Shown here: positions 11,617-25,300 of the stretch, in pieces | How the letters are laid out: each line of letters starts with the position of its first letter | Numbering within the stretch: position 1 is the first letter of the stretch | NCBI GenBank assembly: GCA_001179505.1 | Contig: CDMY01000255.1 | Coordinates: forward strand, 62,001-126,000 | DNA length: 64,000 nucleotides | Direction of reading: 5' to 3' | Source: Vitrella brassicaformis CCMP3155 | Taxonomy: Eukaryota; Protista; Chromerida | Notes under the pieces: model-generated | The model's input: only the letters and a program-made list of their open reading frames with translations | Told to the model about the DNA's origin: nothing | The model's database searches: none | Made by a program: the position numbers and the translations under genes

Positions 11617-13192
11617 CCCCCCCCCCCCCCCCCCGGCCAGCGCATGGCTGCAGTTGTGTAGAAAGGGTGTAGATGAAGAGAGAGGCTCCGAGCACCATGA
11701 CGAGGGACGAGCTAGTCTATTATTGGAAGTCACCGCTTGGCCATTGAAGGCGGGCGAGGCTGAGGTGGCTGAGGTGGCTGAGGTGGCCACGTCCCTCTGA
11801 TGCGGTGTGGATATCCGTTTGTTTGGCTGCTTGGCTGGCTGGTTGGTCGCGTGCGGTGCGAAGCGTGTACATACTGATTCACTGACTGACTGACGGACAA
11901 CGTGTGTGCACGTGTGAATGCGGACGGACACTTGTGTCAACATTTACTTGATTCAACATGGAATCGAATCGCCGACATTCATTCACCAAGACACTCACTT
12001 GGTTGGTGACGCTACGACCCAACAGTCAGTCCCACGCAGGCAGGCATGAGCTCGCAACAAACGTGTCCTTCCACACATGTCTGTCAGCGGAGCACTACAT
12101 GCGACAAAAGTTCCCAGCCCACCCAGGGAGACGGCACGTAGGTAGGGTACGGTATGGTACGGCAGGGGCGAGATAAACTGATAAACCATCCACTCACTCA
12201 CTCACTCAGCGCACGACGGGAAAAATACCTAAGCATCCATGGGATGTATCTGCCTTTCCCTCTCAAGACCCGACCCCTTGTGGCTCCTTCGAGCCAGGCT
12301 CCCTCCCTGTCCGTGCAACTAATTGCATTGCATCGACGTACCCGACCTACCCAGCTACCTGGTACCCCCCGTCCATCCATCCATTCATCGGCCAGCTATG
12401 ACCAGTGAGTAAAGTGAGTGCATCAAGAGAGGAAAGACAGAATAGGCGAGAAAATAAGATAGGGGAAGGCGGTTGGGTGGCTTCCAAAGCAATTGAAAGG
12501 CTCAGTCAGGTCTTCCCTCCCTCTTTCCCCCAGCAGATAGGCTTACACACATGCGCATACCCATTCGTTTCGAAGGGCGCTACATACTGCCGCTGACGCC
12601 AAACTACACAGCCAGCCACTTGTTTGTTCACCCGTGTGTCTCGTTCTCCGCCAGTGGCCCGCGTAGATAATTTAGAGGTAAGAAGAAAGAAGATACCGCA
12701 ATGACATGGACTTGGATGGATGCAGCCAGTCGGTAGGTGAAGAAATAAAACTTGACACACGGCGCTCGCGCAACACACACGCAAAAACACGTCACACCAC
12801 CGCCTTACTGTCTGTCTGTCTGTCTGTCCGGCCCGCTGCAATCCAACCAAACGACCTATACAGCCACAGAAAAAGCCCTTGGGGATCCACTCATATCTTC
12901 CTTCATCCGTGCATTGGATGACACTGTACTCACTCAGCTACGTGTACGTGTACCGCATGAATGAATGCATCATTGATCCATTCGCCATCATGCCTCCGTC
13001 GTGACGGCTTCCCCTGTCGCCACCCCTATGGAACGCAGCGCCGTGCAGCTTGACACAAGCGCATGACACGCCGTCACACAGCAGCGGGGAACAGGAAGAT
13101 ACCAAACAATCGACGGCAAGCCAAATAAACCACACCGAGAAACAAACAAAACGGCCAACCGAATGAATCAGTCCCCCCGCCCGATCGATCGC

Positions 13193-14914
13193 TCAGACAT
13201 CAAAGTAGCGGTCGAAGTCCTCTGGCGGGTCCACATTGGGCCACCGGATGTCCGTCGCCACGCGCCACACACGAACCTGCACACAGCTCACGGCACGAGA
13301 CAGACCACCTTGATTGCAGCGATCTTCTTTGTGTTTCGTTGCCCGAGTGACTGACCTCGTTGCAGTCTCTCCCCAGTTTCTTGAGCGTTGAGGGCCCGAC
13401 ACCCGCCTTCCTCAGCAAGGTCCCCTCAGCCTCCAGGGGCGCCAGTGAGGGGAGAAAACCCAGGTCGGGCCGCCTCACAAACGCCCCCACAGGCAGCGCA
13501 AAACTCACAGCGTCCACCTTGATCAGCGGCAGCGGCAATTCGCCCTCGGGCAGTGACGATGCCACGCCGTCTTCGGTGAAGTCGAAAGTCATGTTGTCTG
13601 CTGGCGGAAGGCGGTGCTGGTGCTTCTCCGACAGGCCTCGGAATGTGCTGCTGGTGAAGTGGTCGGTGTTGATCGCTCCGTCGTGTGGCAGGCACTGGTC
13701 GGCAGTCGCGCCGACGAATGCCACGGGCCAGAGGAGGCCGCCGTGGGGTGGATCGAGCCAGGGGGAGAGCGTCTCGTTGGATGCGTTGGCGGAGGAGGAG
13801 GGGGCGGGGATGAGCAGCCGCTGGAGGGACTCCTCGTAGAGGTCGTCAAAGAGCTCGGGAGAGATGGCAGTGGAGGGCTCCACAAACATCACCCAACCAC
13901 CCTGAGAGAAAGCAACCACCACACACCAGGAAGAGACAGGCTCAGCACACACATGGAATCGGTGGCTCCACCGCCCCACGCTCTTACATCCATTTGAGTC
14001 CTCTTGGCTTCGTCCCTCTCCTCGGCAATTCTCTCCCTCAGCCTCTCCACCCCCTTGTTCCACAGCCGCAGCTGCACCGACCAACCCACAGGCACGCCGC
14101 CAGAGCCTCCCTCGCCCCTCACAAAGTGCGGGGGAGCCGTCAGACCCTCCGCCGGCATGGCCAACGTCACATGGTCCCAGTTGTCACTGCCGAGGCCCAT
14201 CTCGCTCACCCACTGCTCCACACGGGTCCTGTCGGCGGCCGATGGGGGAGCCACCGCCTCGGCCACGATCAGGTGCAGCCGCAGCATGTGTGGCGGGTGG
14301 CCTTCTCGCTCCGCGTCGTCTGCCCTTCTGACGCCATGGCGGTACTGCGCCAGTTGGAAGCCGGCGAGAAAGCGCGTCAGGTCCAGGCGCTGCGTGACGT
14401 GGCGCCAGGTTGGGCACACCAGGAAGATCCACTGCACTGTGGGAGCCGTGGTCGGAGCGCTGGGAGGAGGGGCGTGAGGGAAAGGGGGTTGCCCGACATC
14501 TGCCGACTCCTGCCGATGGCTTTGCGGCAGTGCTGCTGGTGGGCCGTGCGCCGTCTGCTGCCTCCTCCTGTATCTCGCGAGGTCCTGGTGTAGTTCGTTG
14601 ATCCGTGTGGTGAAGAAAAGCTGCTTTTCGTTGGCCGCCCGAATGAGCTGCTGCAGCTGCCACTCGAGCTGCACCACTTTCTCGTGCATCTGCTCGATGT
14701 CCTGCCGCAATTCTCGCTCCGCCCAGAGGCTCTCGAGCAGCCACAGGGCACTGAGAACAAACGGCACGGCGATGACTATCGCCCTCAGCCACCGAACGTT
14801 GACGACGGGGGACCGCTGAGGTGACGAAGGGCTGGGGGAGGGAGGCAGGGAGCCTTGCAGGACGGCCTTACAGATGCCCCACGACTCTGACAAGATCTCC
14901 GATAAGATCTTCAT
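13193..14914 (-). CDS. GT43 family (glucuronosyl/xylosyltransferase-like) type II membrane protein with degenerate DDD motif
   Basis: Three exons. A TM segment (WLRAIVIAVPFVLSALWLL) and coiled coil are followed, in GT43 order, by CPTWRHVTQRLDLTRF, LHLIVAE, QLRLWNKGVERLRE, GWVMFVEPSTAISPELFDDL, LLWPVAFVG, VDAVSFAL and DCNE|VRVWR. Family assignment is from recalled motif consensus. Confidence 0.7.
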
Positions 14915-15080
14915 GCTTCATTGTCAGGGTCCTCTTGGGCTGCCTCGCGGGAGAAAGGAAGGAGCCTCCTTCAAGCAAAAGCTCGCACAGGCGATCGGGG
15001 GGAAAAGGGCCCTCTCATCGGCCTTTGCAGTGCTATTCGTCTAGTAGTAGATGGGCAGAGTCTAACGCAGCGCCCCCAGC

Positions 15081-17364
15081 ATGAAATACCCATCCCCCGA
15101 TGAGCAGCTCGGCCACTCGGTGAGCCATCTTCCGACCAGCCGCAGCAGCAGCAGCGCGGGGGAGGAGATCCGGCAGTGCGGCAGCAGTGCATCTGCCGCC
15201 GTGGGTGGCGTTCAGGGGGGCTCACCTTCTGCGGATGGGGCGCGGGTGTTTCTGAATGTGTATGACCTGACAAATGGCTGCGTCAAGTTCAATGACGTCG
15301 CCCTGCGGATAGGAACAGGTACGCTCCCTCACACACGACAGACACATGGGGGAGGATGCATGGGTGAAAAAGAAAGATCAGTGGTTCATGAGTTCCTTTG
15401 CACTGTGTCTGTGCGCAGGGATGTACCACACGGGCGTGGAGGTGTATGGCGTCGAGTACGCCTTCTGCAAGACCGAATGTGAGCCCCACTGCAAGATCTC
15501 TCCGGTCCTCCTTCTGATGCTGTTTGTTGTGTTGTGTTGTGTTGTGTTGCGTCGCATGGTCATGGAGTGCAGGCAGCGAGCCGGCCATCTTCAGCTGTGA
15601 GCCGGGGGAGGCGCCGGAGCACGTCTTCCGCGAGAAGATAGACATGGGGTAAGCAAAGCACCGGGATGGAGCGAGGGAGAGAGGTCGGGAAAAACTGCCC
15701 ACCGACCGCATTGAATTTCAGGCGGACGAGTATGACGGAGGGTCAGGTGAAGGACAGCATGGAGCGCATGGGGCACCGGTGGAAGGGTGCGCACGGAACC
15801 CACACACCCTCGTACTGGTCCACTCATCGTGTCGGTTGTTCTGTGTGCTTGGTCAGGGCATTCCTATGATTTGGTTTACAAGTAGGGGACGGTACGTATG
15901 TGTTCACGCGCGCATGCGTGTATGTCTCCAGGAACTGCATCACCTTCGCGGAGGAGTTTTGCCTCGTGCTCGGTCCGCTGGCCTCGCCGGCCAACCCATG
16001 ACGCACAAAGACATACAGCCCTTTCTCTCAGCCGCACTATGCGTCGCGGTATGTGTCTGTTGTGTCTCTTTGCTCTCTTCAGGTGTGGGTGCCCTGCCCG
16101 TGTGGGTGACGAGCGCGTCCTCGACGGCCAAGGGTTTCCTAGAGACGTGCACCACATGCGAGCACAACATCAGGGTACGTATTGACCAACACAAGGCAGG
16201 CAGTAAGGCAGGCAGTATTGGTGGCTCGTTTTGACAAAAGGAGAGAGTGTTGCCATTCGTTAAGTGGCTGTATGTATGCATGGGTATACCTGTGCAGCAC
16301 GTGAGTGGTATCGTAGGACAGCAGCTGGCCATCGGCCTCCAAACCACCGTCACCGTCTTCGGTAGGCAACCGAATGCAAAGGAGACGAAGAGATAGATAG
16401 ATGTGTCACGGAAATGTCACTCACTGTGTGCCGTCGTTTGCTATGTGTGCAGGTGAGGTGCTGTCGGGGGCTCAGCAGGGCCTGCAGACCATAGCGGAGT
16501 CAGAGGTACGCCAGCGGCCAGCATGCCTGCCTGCCTGTCGTGCAAACGGACTCCTTGTCTATGTGCGTGTATGTGGTGTCCGTTTGTATGGATGCAGGGC
16601 ATGCGAGCGTTCCTGGAGAGTTGGGACGCCGGCCTCCAGGCCGTGCGCGAGAAGATAGAGGGCACGCAGGTGATCAAGGCGCTCACAGGCACACGTGACA
16701 AGGACGAAAACACCTCTCAGCGACACACTGGTAGGCAGGCGCCCGTGACACACTTTGGGAAATTCGTCCATTCCTATTTGCCTTCCTTTCATGTAGCTGC
16801 TGCCAACGTGCCGTTCCCCTCGCCAGTGGAGGGCATCTCCCTGCTGCACAGCCGCAACCAGGGGGCCACACTCACGACGCAATCCAGCGCATCCCTCACC
16901 ACATACGACCGCCCCCTCGCCCCGCTGCCCACTCAGCCCCGATTCTATACTGCCGACGGCGTCATGGTCGAGGAGGCCATGCCGCCCAACCGCACACACG
17001 ACGACTACCGGCCGCCTCTGGTGTTTGATCGGCAGGAGCAGCCATCCGGCGTGGGTGTGGGTGAGGTGGGGGCGAGGGGCGGGAACCGGGTGGTGGAGAG
17101 GGGCAAGGGGAGGGGCGTGCACCTGCTGACGCGGTCGACACGCATCCCTAGCCTGCTGACGGCGGAGGAGGAGGGGGCTAACGAACAGGTCAGTCGTATG
17201 CAGTCAGTGTTGGGGAGAGCTGCCGTACACATGAACCGTTTTGTGTCTCTCGGCTGCGCTGGTGCAGGCTGTGCGAGGGGGTAGGGAGGGGTGGGCGGAG
17301 GGAGAGGATGACGGGCGGGGACTGGGAATGATGCATGCTAGCCTAGCAAGGGGGGGCGGGTGAG
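15081..17364 (+). CDS. PPPDE/DeSI deSUMOylase-like cysteine peptidase (C97)
   Basis: Exons give VFLNVYDL...GMYHTGVEVYGVEYAF...WKG|HSYDLVYK|NCITFAEEFC, a His/Cys dyad. The C-terminal exon boundaries are approximate. Confidence 0.9.
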
Positions 17365-17661
17365 CTGAGCGATTCCTAGATGGCCACATACCATACGTGG
17401 AGTGGACGCAATACATAACATAGCTGACTCGGTTGATTTGCTTCTTGACCAGTGGCTGTGCAGTCAAGTGAGATGAATGAATGCCTTAACCAACAGGCTG
17501 ATCTGACTGACACGGGCAGAGTCTCACACACACGCGCATTCCTCATGCACCCGCCGTTCTGACACCACACGACCCCTAACAAAACCACCCGCCAGTTGCG
17601 CGAAGAACCAGGCAAAGACACGGCGCACCTACTCTGTCTGGTGTCTGCCTCCCATTTCTGG

Positions 17662-20600
17662 TCACGTCCAAAGCAACACCGAGTTGTCTGCCCCTGCCGT
17701 GAGCAGCCACGGCTGCGTCGGGTGCCACATGGCATCGAGCACGCCCAGGTCGTCGCGGACGGTGTGGCCGCCCTGCATCCACACAACACATACACATACA
17801 CATACACCGATACGTTTGTTTGATGGGGCGTGTGCATCGTCTGTCCATTTCTCCCTCCCTCCCTGTGTCTGCCTGACCTGCAGTTTCTTGAGTGGTATAA
17901 TGAGGGGGTTCTGCATCAGGTCGGAGAACACCTTGGCCTGCAAAAGGTGCACACACCTGCCGGCAGGCAGGCCAGGCCACACACGATAGACACACATGTG
18001 CACAGGGGGCAAGGGCAGGTGACTCGTGTCTGGTTGTGGTGTGTACCCATCGTCTGATGCGGAGGCCATCAGTGGATAGCGCCCATGAAGAGCCACCTGA
18101 CGGACGGCGCGGTCGTGGTACCTGCACACACACCAGAACGCACCCACAATGGTGTCGGAGAGCCCTCGGCCAGCCCCACGCCACTAGGCCTATGTGTTGG
18201 TTGGCGCACCTGAGGACTTTGTAAGGCTTGTTGGAGAGGTCCAGGTCGAACCAGATGAGCCGCCTGTCATAGGTGCCCACCACCACATGGTCGCCGCTGC
18301 GGTGCACGTGCATCGAGCTGATCCACTTGGCGCCAGACACCAGCGTCTTGAGCAGCTGCTGCGACTTGAGGTCGTACACGCGCACGGCCGTCCGTGTGGC
18401 GGCGAAGAACCATGGCTTGGAGGGGTGGAATGAAACTCGCTGTATCTGGCCGCCCTTGGACTTGCGGAAGGGCCGGCGGGACACCTGGGTGGTGATGGAG
18501 TGCAGCACGCACTGAGATGAGGGGGCGGGGGAGAGAGGGCACACCACGGCCAGATAATGACCTGGATGGGAGGAAAACAACACAACGGCGAAATGACACG
18601 GATCATTTCTCATGAGCTGCCGACCACCACGCTTACCTTTTTGGTGCCACTGCAGCTGGTGGATGACGGCCTCGTGTATGATCTTCAGGCGGACCCCGTG
18701 TTTGCCCAGGACCGACCGCCGCGGCACCTCCTCCCACTTGATCTCCCTCTTCTCACCTGCCTTGCCCTCACCCTCACCGTCAGACCCTTCGGCGTCCTCC
18801 TCGCCCCCCGCCTCGCCATCCGCCATCTCACCCTTGCGCAGCTTCAGGACTTCCTCTGCCTTGGCCGACATGCTCATGAGCTCCTCGGTCGGCAAAGATG
18901 GGGCGTCGGGCGGTGATGCTGGTGTGATGGTGTAGGTGGGGAGTGTGGGTGTGAGGAGGTAGAGGCACTCCTCGGTGGCCACTGCGACGATGGGCAGGTC
19001 GGTTGAGGAGCGGGGGTTCCATGACGCTGCTGTCACCTTGCGCTTGAAGGTGATGCACTGAATTCAGTGCATCAGAGACACACACACACACACACAGATA
19101 TACACACACACGCTGTCTGTGCTGTTTTACCTGGAAGGCGCGTCCGCTTTTGAGTTCCCATATCCTGAGTGTGCAGTCCTCGCCACCGGTGAGCACCCAC
19201 TGGCCGCAGGGCGACAACGATGCGCAGCGCACCATCCCCGAGTGACCGTCATATGACACACTCACTGCCAGAGGGAACGGACGGAGATCCTGCACGACAC
19301 ACACAGGGAAGACACGAGTTGCTTAAGGCATTTGTGTGTGTGTCCCGCTCACCGCAGGGCTGGACAGCTTTGGCAGCAGTGCTTCTGGGTCGATGTTCAT
19401 CCGCTGCTTGATCGCACGGGGGCATAGGTAGAGATCCAGGCATCGCTCAAACCTGCAAGTACACGCACCCACATCAGGTGGATGCAGAACGAGCCACTTC
19501 CTCTCTCTCACAGTGTCTGTCCATTCACCCTACCTCTCGAGAATGAGTTTCTTGTACCCCGGCACCCGTCTGAGGCATATCTGCCGCCCGTCCCTGGGCT
19601 TGACCTGCGCCACGGTGCCCACGTCACCATCCTCCTCTATCTGCGCCTTCTCCTCCTCCGTCACGAAGTACTCCTCCGGCGGGTTGTAGCTCTCCGCATG
19701 GCCGGGCAGGGGCATCTTGGGCGCAGGCATGGGTGGCGGCCCCCTGACGCGGCCCTTGGGCGTGTCGGTCTCCTGGGTGATGTTGCGGCCCCAGATGTCA
19801 TACATCTCGGGCTCGGGCGGGGGAGGGGGGCGCAGCTTGCCCTCACGGATAAGCTTGACCAGTCGGTGGATCTTCTTGGCCTCCCACTTGGACGGAAGGA
19901 ATCGGGCTTTGGGAGGGTGGTCACGACGCATTGGGTGAATCCTGAGGAGAAACAAACAGCCGGTGCGTCGGTAGATGGGTCAGCCATCTGTCTGTGTGCG
20001 TGTCTACTTGTCAGGGTAGTCCATTGGCGGAATGTAGTAGTCGTCGGGGTCGAATGAGGGGTTGGGGTACTTGCCAGCGCGGATGCGACGAATCACCTGA
20101 CAGACAGACACAGAAGAGATCGACATGCAGGCACCAGAAACAGACGTACGTGTGTTTTGTGTGGTTGCCCTCTCCCTCCATGTCGGCAGCCTACCTACCT
20201 ACCTACCTCAATGTCTGTGTCGGTGAGGGTGATCTCCCTTTGGTTCTTCATGTCCTTGATCTTCTTCCAGTGGTCGGGGTCGTCCGCCTTGGCCAGCAGC
20301 GCGTCCACCTCGCTCGCTTTGAGCGTCTTCATCACCTTCTCGCCCTCAGACGTGTAACCTGCACACACACACACACACACCCCACACCCATAGGCGCGCG
20401 GGAGAGATGATTCTTAACTTCATACAGCGATTCGTGTCGTCTCATGCTGTGCTGTGCTGTGCTGTATCATGACTGACTGACCGATGTGGTCGAAGTTATC
20501 GTACCACTCAAGGGGCACATCACCGATGCGGTTGATGTCCGCATCATCGTCGCTGTCGTACAGCTCGCTGTCCTCATCTTCATCATTGTCGTCGTCTTGT

Positions 20601-21177
20601 TCTCCCTCGAGCGGCCCCTCCTCCTCCTGCTCAGCCGCCTCCCGCTGTCGTCGCTCCTGCCGCATCTGCTTGAGCGACATCTCCACGAACTTCTTCTCGC
20701 GCTTCTCGCGCTTGGTGGGCTTTTCGCCTGCTGCGGGTTCGTCGGTCTCCTGCGTGGCCTCATCTTTGTCAGAGGGCTCCTCCGCGTCATCCTCATCCTC
20801 GTCGCTTTCCTCCTCTTCATCGCTGCCCTCCTCTTCTGACTCGTCCTCGTCTTCATCTGATTCCTCCTCCAGCTCCGTGCGGCCGTATTCGACATCGTCC
20901 CGCTCGTTGTCCATGACGAAGTCGCCCGTCGCTGCATTGTCGTCAGCCTCATTCTCATCCGACTCGCCGCCCTCCTCGTCCTGACAAACACATTCAAAGC
21001 AGTATATATGTCATGAGTCAAAGGAGCGCGTCACAATGCAGGTGTCTGCCTTACCGATGGGTCATCGATGTTGAGCAGCACTTCCCCGGCCTGTTCATCG
21101 TTGTCATCAGCTGCTGCTTCAGTGTCGGCCGTCATGCGAGGCAGGATGCCTCTCTTCTTCAACGCACGGCCAGACAT
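17662..21177 (-). CDS. BOP1: ribosome biogenesis protein BOP1/Erb1 (WD40)
   Basis: Acidic N-terminus, [118 protein letters not shown] and [13 protein letters not shown]. Confidence 0.95.
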
Positions 21178-21302
21178 TGACGAGAGAAGCACTTTGACAA
21201 TCTCTTGAACGGTAGATGATCTCTGTGGCCTAGATCTTCAGCCCAGCTGTCCTGAGGCCTTCACAGAGGTGTCCTCCTTGGGGCGAAAGAGTCGGGAGGG
21301 CA

Positions 21303-21339
21303 TTTGCGAGCTTTTGGTTTTGCACATCAAGCTCGCAAA
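21303..21339. promoter_or_regulatory. inverted pair of AGCTCGCA motifs in the BOP1/RPL32 divergent promoter
   Basis: TTTGCGAGCTT-15 nt-AAGCTCGCAAA, a perfect 11-bp inverted repeat. Confidence 0.65.
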
Positions 21340-21495
21340 AGCGACTGCTGAGGAGAGCAGCCGCAGCCTTCTTGACACCAAGGTACGCAGATCTGGTATG
21401 AGGGAGGCAATACACAAACAAGTTTCCCGCCGGAACGGCGTTCTGTGCTCGGCACCTCTGGAACAGTGGGTGTGCTGTGTGGTTGTGCGGGTCAG

Positions 21496-22043
21496 ATGGT
21501 GGCACCGGAGAAGAAGGTCAAGATCGTGAAGAAGCGCACCAAGCGCTTCATCCGCTTCCAGTCTGATCGCTTCATGAGAGTGCCGGTACGTACCGAGGAG
21601 CAAACAAGACAGATAGCGAGGCTGGGGAGAGGCAGCGAGGCACAGATGAGACCACAGAAAGGCCTGGAACGCAGAGGAACGGCTCGTTCATCATGCCTCC
21701 TCCTTTCCGTGTCTGTCCCCCCCCCCATCAGGACCACTGGCGGAAGCCGAAGGGTATTGACTGTCGCGTGCGTCGCCGTTTCCGCGGTTCGGTGGTGATG
21801 CCCAACATTGGGTACGGCTCCAACAAGAAGACGCGTCACATGATGCCGGACGGCTTCTACAAGTTCACCGTGTCCAACGTGGCGGAGCTGGAGATGCTCA
21901 TGATGCACAACCGCAAGTACGTGGCCGAGATCGCCCACAACGTCAGCTCACGGAAGCGCAAAGCCATCATCGACAGGGCCGACAAGCTCAACATCAAAGT
22001 CACTAACAGGAACGCCAAGATGAGCACAGAGGAGAACGAATAG
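21496..22043 (+). CDS. RPL32: 60S ribosomal protein L32e
   Basis: [26 protein letters not shown]...|[19 protein letters not shown]...[14 protein letters not shown]...[15 protein letters not shown]. One coding intron; the ATG is directly preceded by a CAG acceptor. Confidence 0.98.
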
Positions 22044-22380
22044 ACCACGGGGGAGGGGAGGCCTGTGTGATTGGCTGAGGTCGGCTGGATGGAGCATGTT
22101 TTGAATGGTTGGTCTCCCTGTGTGTGAGTGGTTGGTGACATAATGCGGGCGACGTGCACGCTTACGTGTGCGCGTTTCTGCGGACGTGTGTGTGCGGCGG
22201 CTGTGTGCGTGTCGGTGGTCGGGAGGAGTTGAGACAGTCTTCCTTCATCAAGGCCACCCTCAGTCACTCATCAGGGTATCGGTATCGCCAAATGTCTACC
22301 TACCTCTACACGTCTAAGGCTATACATATACACCACACCATCCATCCGTCGAGCCATCCACTCGCCACGCCAGTGTTCTT

Positions 22381-25300
22381 CTAGAGGTCGCAATGGCAGT
22401 TGCAGTCGGGCACAGGGCAGCCTCTGAAGCCGTAGCGGTGAAACCACTCCAGCATGTGATCCGCACACCCGCCGTGGTGACACAACGTGCACCACACAAA
22501 CCTGATCCACGGACAGACACAACACACAGAGAGGGGCAAACGCCTGTTAGACAGCCATCATAACTAACGTGCCAGCCAGAAGCCGACCGACCATTTGCTG
22601 ACGTCGAGCTGTGCGGTGGGTGCGACAGATCCGTTTGTCTTGGCCCCGTCGTGTGCCGTGTTGAGCCTGGGCACGGGCATCAGGCAGATGGCGCACTTGG
22701 TCAGCTCCTTCTTGCAGTGCGTGTTGGGACACCGAAAGCTCAGCTGCAGTGCGACACACAGCACAGCAACACAAACAAACTTGTCAAGTACATACATATT
22801 CTGCCCTCCCATCCGTCCGCCATACCTGAATACCTGAAAGTCGTCTTCATCAGATGGTCTGAGCGTCTTCCTGGCCAGGGAGGGCTGTCCTGGCCCAGTG
22901 AGAGCCTCGTTGCAGTACCAGCAGTGCCGCGCATCGCCCCTTGGCACCACAGCCACCGGTCCCCCCGCCCCGCCCTTGTCCTTCTCCTTGTCCCTCCTAC
23001 CGCTCATGTCAGGGTGGGACGTCTCGAGCACCAGGAGGTCGATGCACTGCAGCGTGCGGCCCCACCGCTGCAGCAGGGCTCGGTACTCGTGGAAAAGCAG
23101 CTGGATCAGCACAAATGGCTGATGGGGGGAGGGCTGGGGGTGTTGAACCGACTGGATGGCGGCTTGGTGCGGCCGGGAGAGGCCTGTGGCAGCTGCAAAG
23201 AGGGCCTGCGACACGGCACACATAGATGGACATAAAGAGACACACGCCACACATACACTTAAGGTGGCGATATATGTGATGGTGTGGGTGTGTGTTCAGA
23301 TCGCACGTACGGGTGCTTGGAGGTCTCCGGTGCAGTTGACGTACCGCCTGACCATCTCCTCCTCGATCGTCCTGCCCCCTCCCTCCCCCTCGCCCTCTCC
23401 ATGCCCATGGTACGGCCGCCCAGCCACTCCCACCAACCAGAACCCATCAAGCAGGCCGTCCCGGCAGCACACAGTCACCTCACTGTTGAGCCACGATTGC
23501 AGGACCGCTGGGCTGAGGTAGCGGAGAGCAAGTGCGGCCCGGAATCGCATTGAGGCGTAGCTGTAGATGTCGCTGTCAGTGGAGTCGGTCAGGGGCTGTG
23601 TGGGTGGTGGTTTGTCTGGTGAGGGAGGGGCAGTGGGCAAAGGCACAGCGCGGCTGGACAAGAAGGGGTTGGTGATGAGGTGCAGCAAGATGGCCTCGAA
23701 GAGAGCGGCAGGTGCGTCCACCTTGCTCTCCTCCTCCCCGTTGACGTCTTCTTTGTCTGCATCTCTGTCCTCCTGCCTCGCAGCCCACACCCTCTTGACA
23801 GCGGTCGTTTCCATCAGCCGCCGAATGCGGGACGGCCCATCAGCGGCTCCCACACCACCCCTGTAATCCAGTACTTTGGCGGTCGACCTGTCGATGTGGG
23901 ATGTGACGGCCAGGATCACGTGGAAGGCGAACCGGAGAGTGAGGCCGTGGGGAAGACCCAGCCAGTCGGAGAGGGGCCGGTGCAGCAGCAGGTCGCTCTC
24001 GACGCGCCAGAGGCCTTGGTTGACGTCCCACTCCACTGACGGGGCACCCTCGCCCGTCTGCGGCGTCATCAGCCGTGCGAATGAGGCGATCACGCTCGGC
24101 AGGTGCCGCAAGATCTCCAGCCCACCTTCCTTGGCGTAGGGGGTGAGGGTCTCGACGAGAAGGGCCGCCTTGAGCAGGAGGTCGGCCCGCAGAAAGAGGA
24201 TGCCCGTGAGGATGGCCTGCACTGCCGCAGACGGGTCAGCTGCCGCCATGTTGCTGCGGGACCAAGAAGACGCATCGACAGATGGGCCGAAGCCGAGAAA
24301 GGCCAAAGCCGCATCCCGCTTGGATGACGTGTAGACCATGATGGAGTCGCCCAGTAGTGTGTTCTCGACCAGCCCCGTGTCGTCCTCTTTCGGCAGCCGC
24401 AGGTCTGCCTCCTTGGTGCCATCGCTCTCCCTCCTGGCCTTGCCCTTAAGACAGTCTACCAGCCCCCGGTATGTCCGCCTGATGCCTCTCTCAGCGTCGG
24501 GCTCATTCTCATCGGCGTGTCCGGCGCCATCTCGCATGTCCAGGACCCTCTCCACCCAGGTCCAGATCTCAGCAGCGGCGGTGAGACGGTAGGCCAGCCG
24601 GCCGTAGAACGAGACGCGTTGAGTGCTGGTAGTGGGGTCGTTTAGCTTGGTGCGTCGTCTGTCGGTGGGGGGGAGGGGGATTGGGATGGGCTCGCGTGGG
24701 TTGGGGAGGGTGTGCGCCTGCTGCAGGACAGAGGGGGGGAGATACTGGTACAGCCGAATCGCTTGCTGCAAGAATCGAACCACAGTAAGGCGGGAAAGAA
24801 AGTCTGTTTGGATGCCGCACAGACGGCCTGATGGTGAGCTGACCTGTCTGAGTACGGCTGCATACTCGCTCATGTCCATGCCGTGCAGCAGGCGCTCCCG
24901 CTTGCCCTTGGCCGCCACGCTCTTGACGGCCGCCTTCCTCCTGCCGCTGTCGCTGTCCTCCTCACCCTCGCCATGCTCACCAACCGCCAGCCGCTCACGC
25001 ATCAGCTCCGTCCCGTCAGACACACGCCACCAATCCACCATCCGAGCCTCCAGCGAACGATCGGCCGACTTCTCGGCCAGCGGCAGCGTCAAGGGGCCGT
25101 TGGGCAGCGGCTGGTCCTGTGAGGCGGCTGGCATGAGCACATCAGATGAGAAGGGGGGAGGGTCGATGGTGCCGCTAGTGGCGGTTGGCAGCAGGGGCAC
25201 CGGGCGGGGACAGGGGGCCGTGGTGGAGAGTGCGCCGTCCTGGTGCAGGCAGATCAGTCGCTCCACACCGGTCTTGTCAGTTGGACAGAAGGCGAAGTCC

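Noticed and set aside
9846-11943. Long ORF-track entries spanning the N run
   Set aside because: They are artefacts of translating the assembly gap and the antisense strand of the ankyrin gene.
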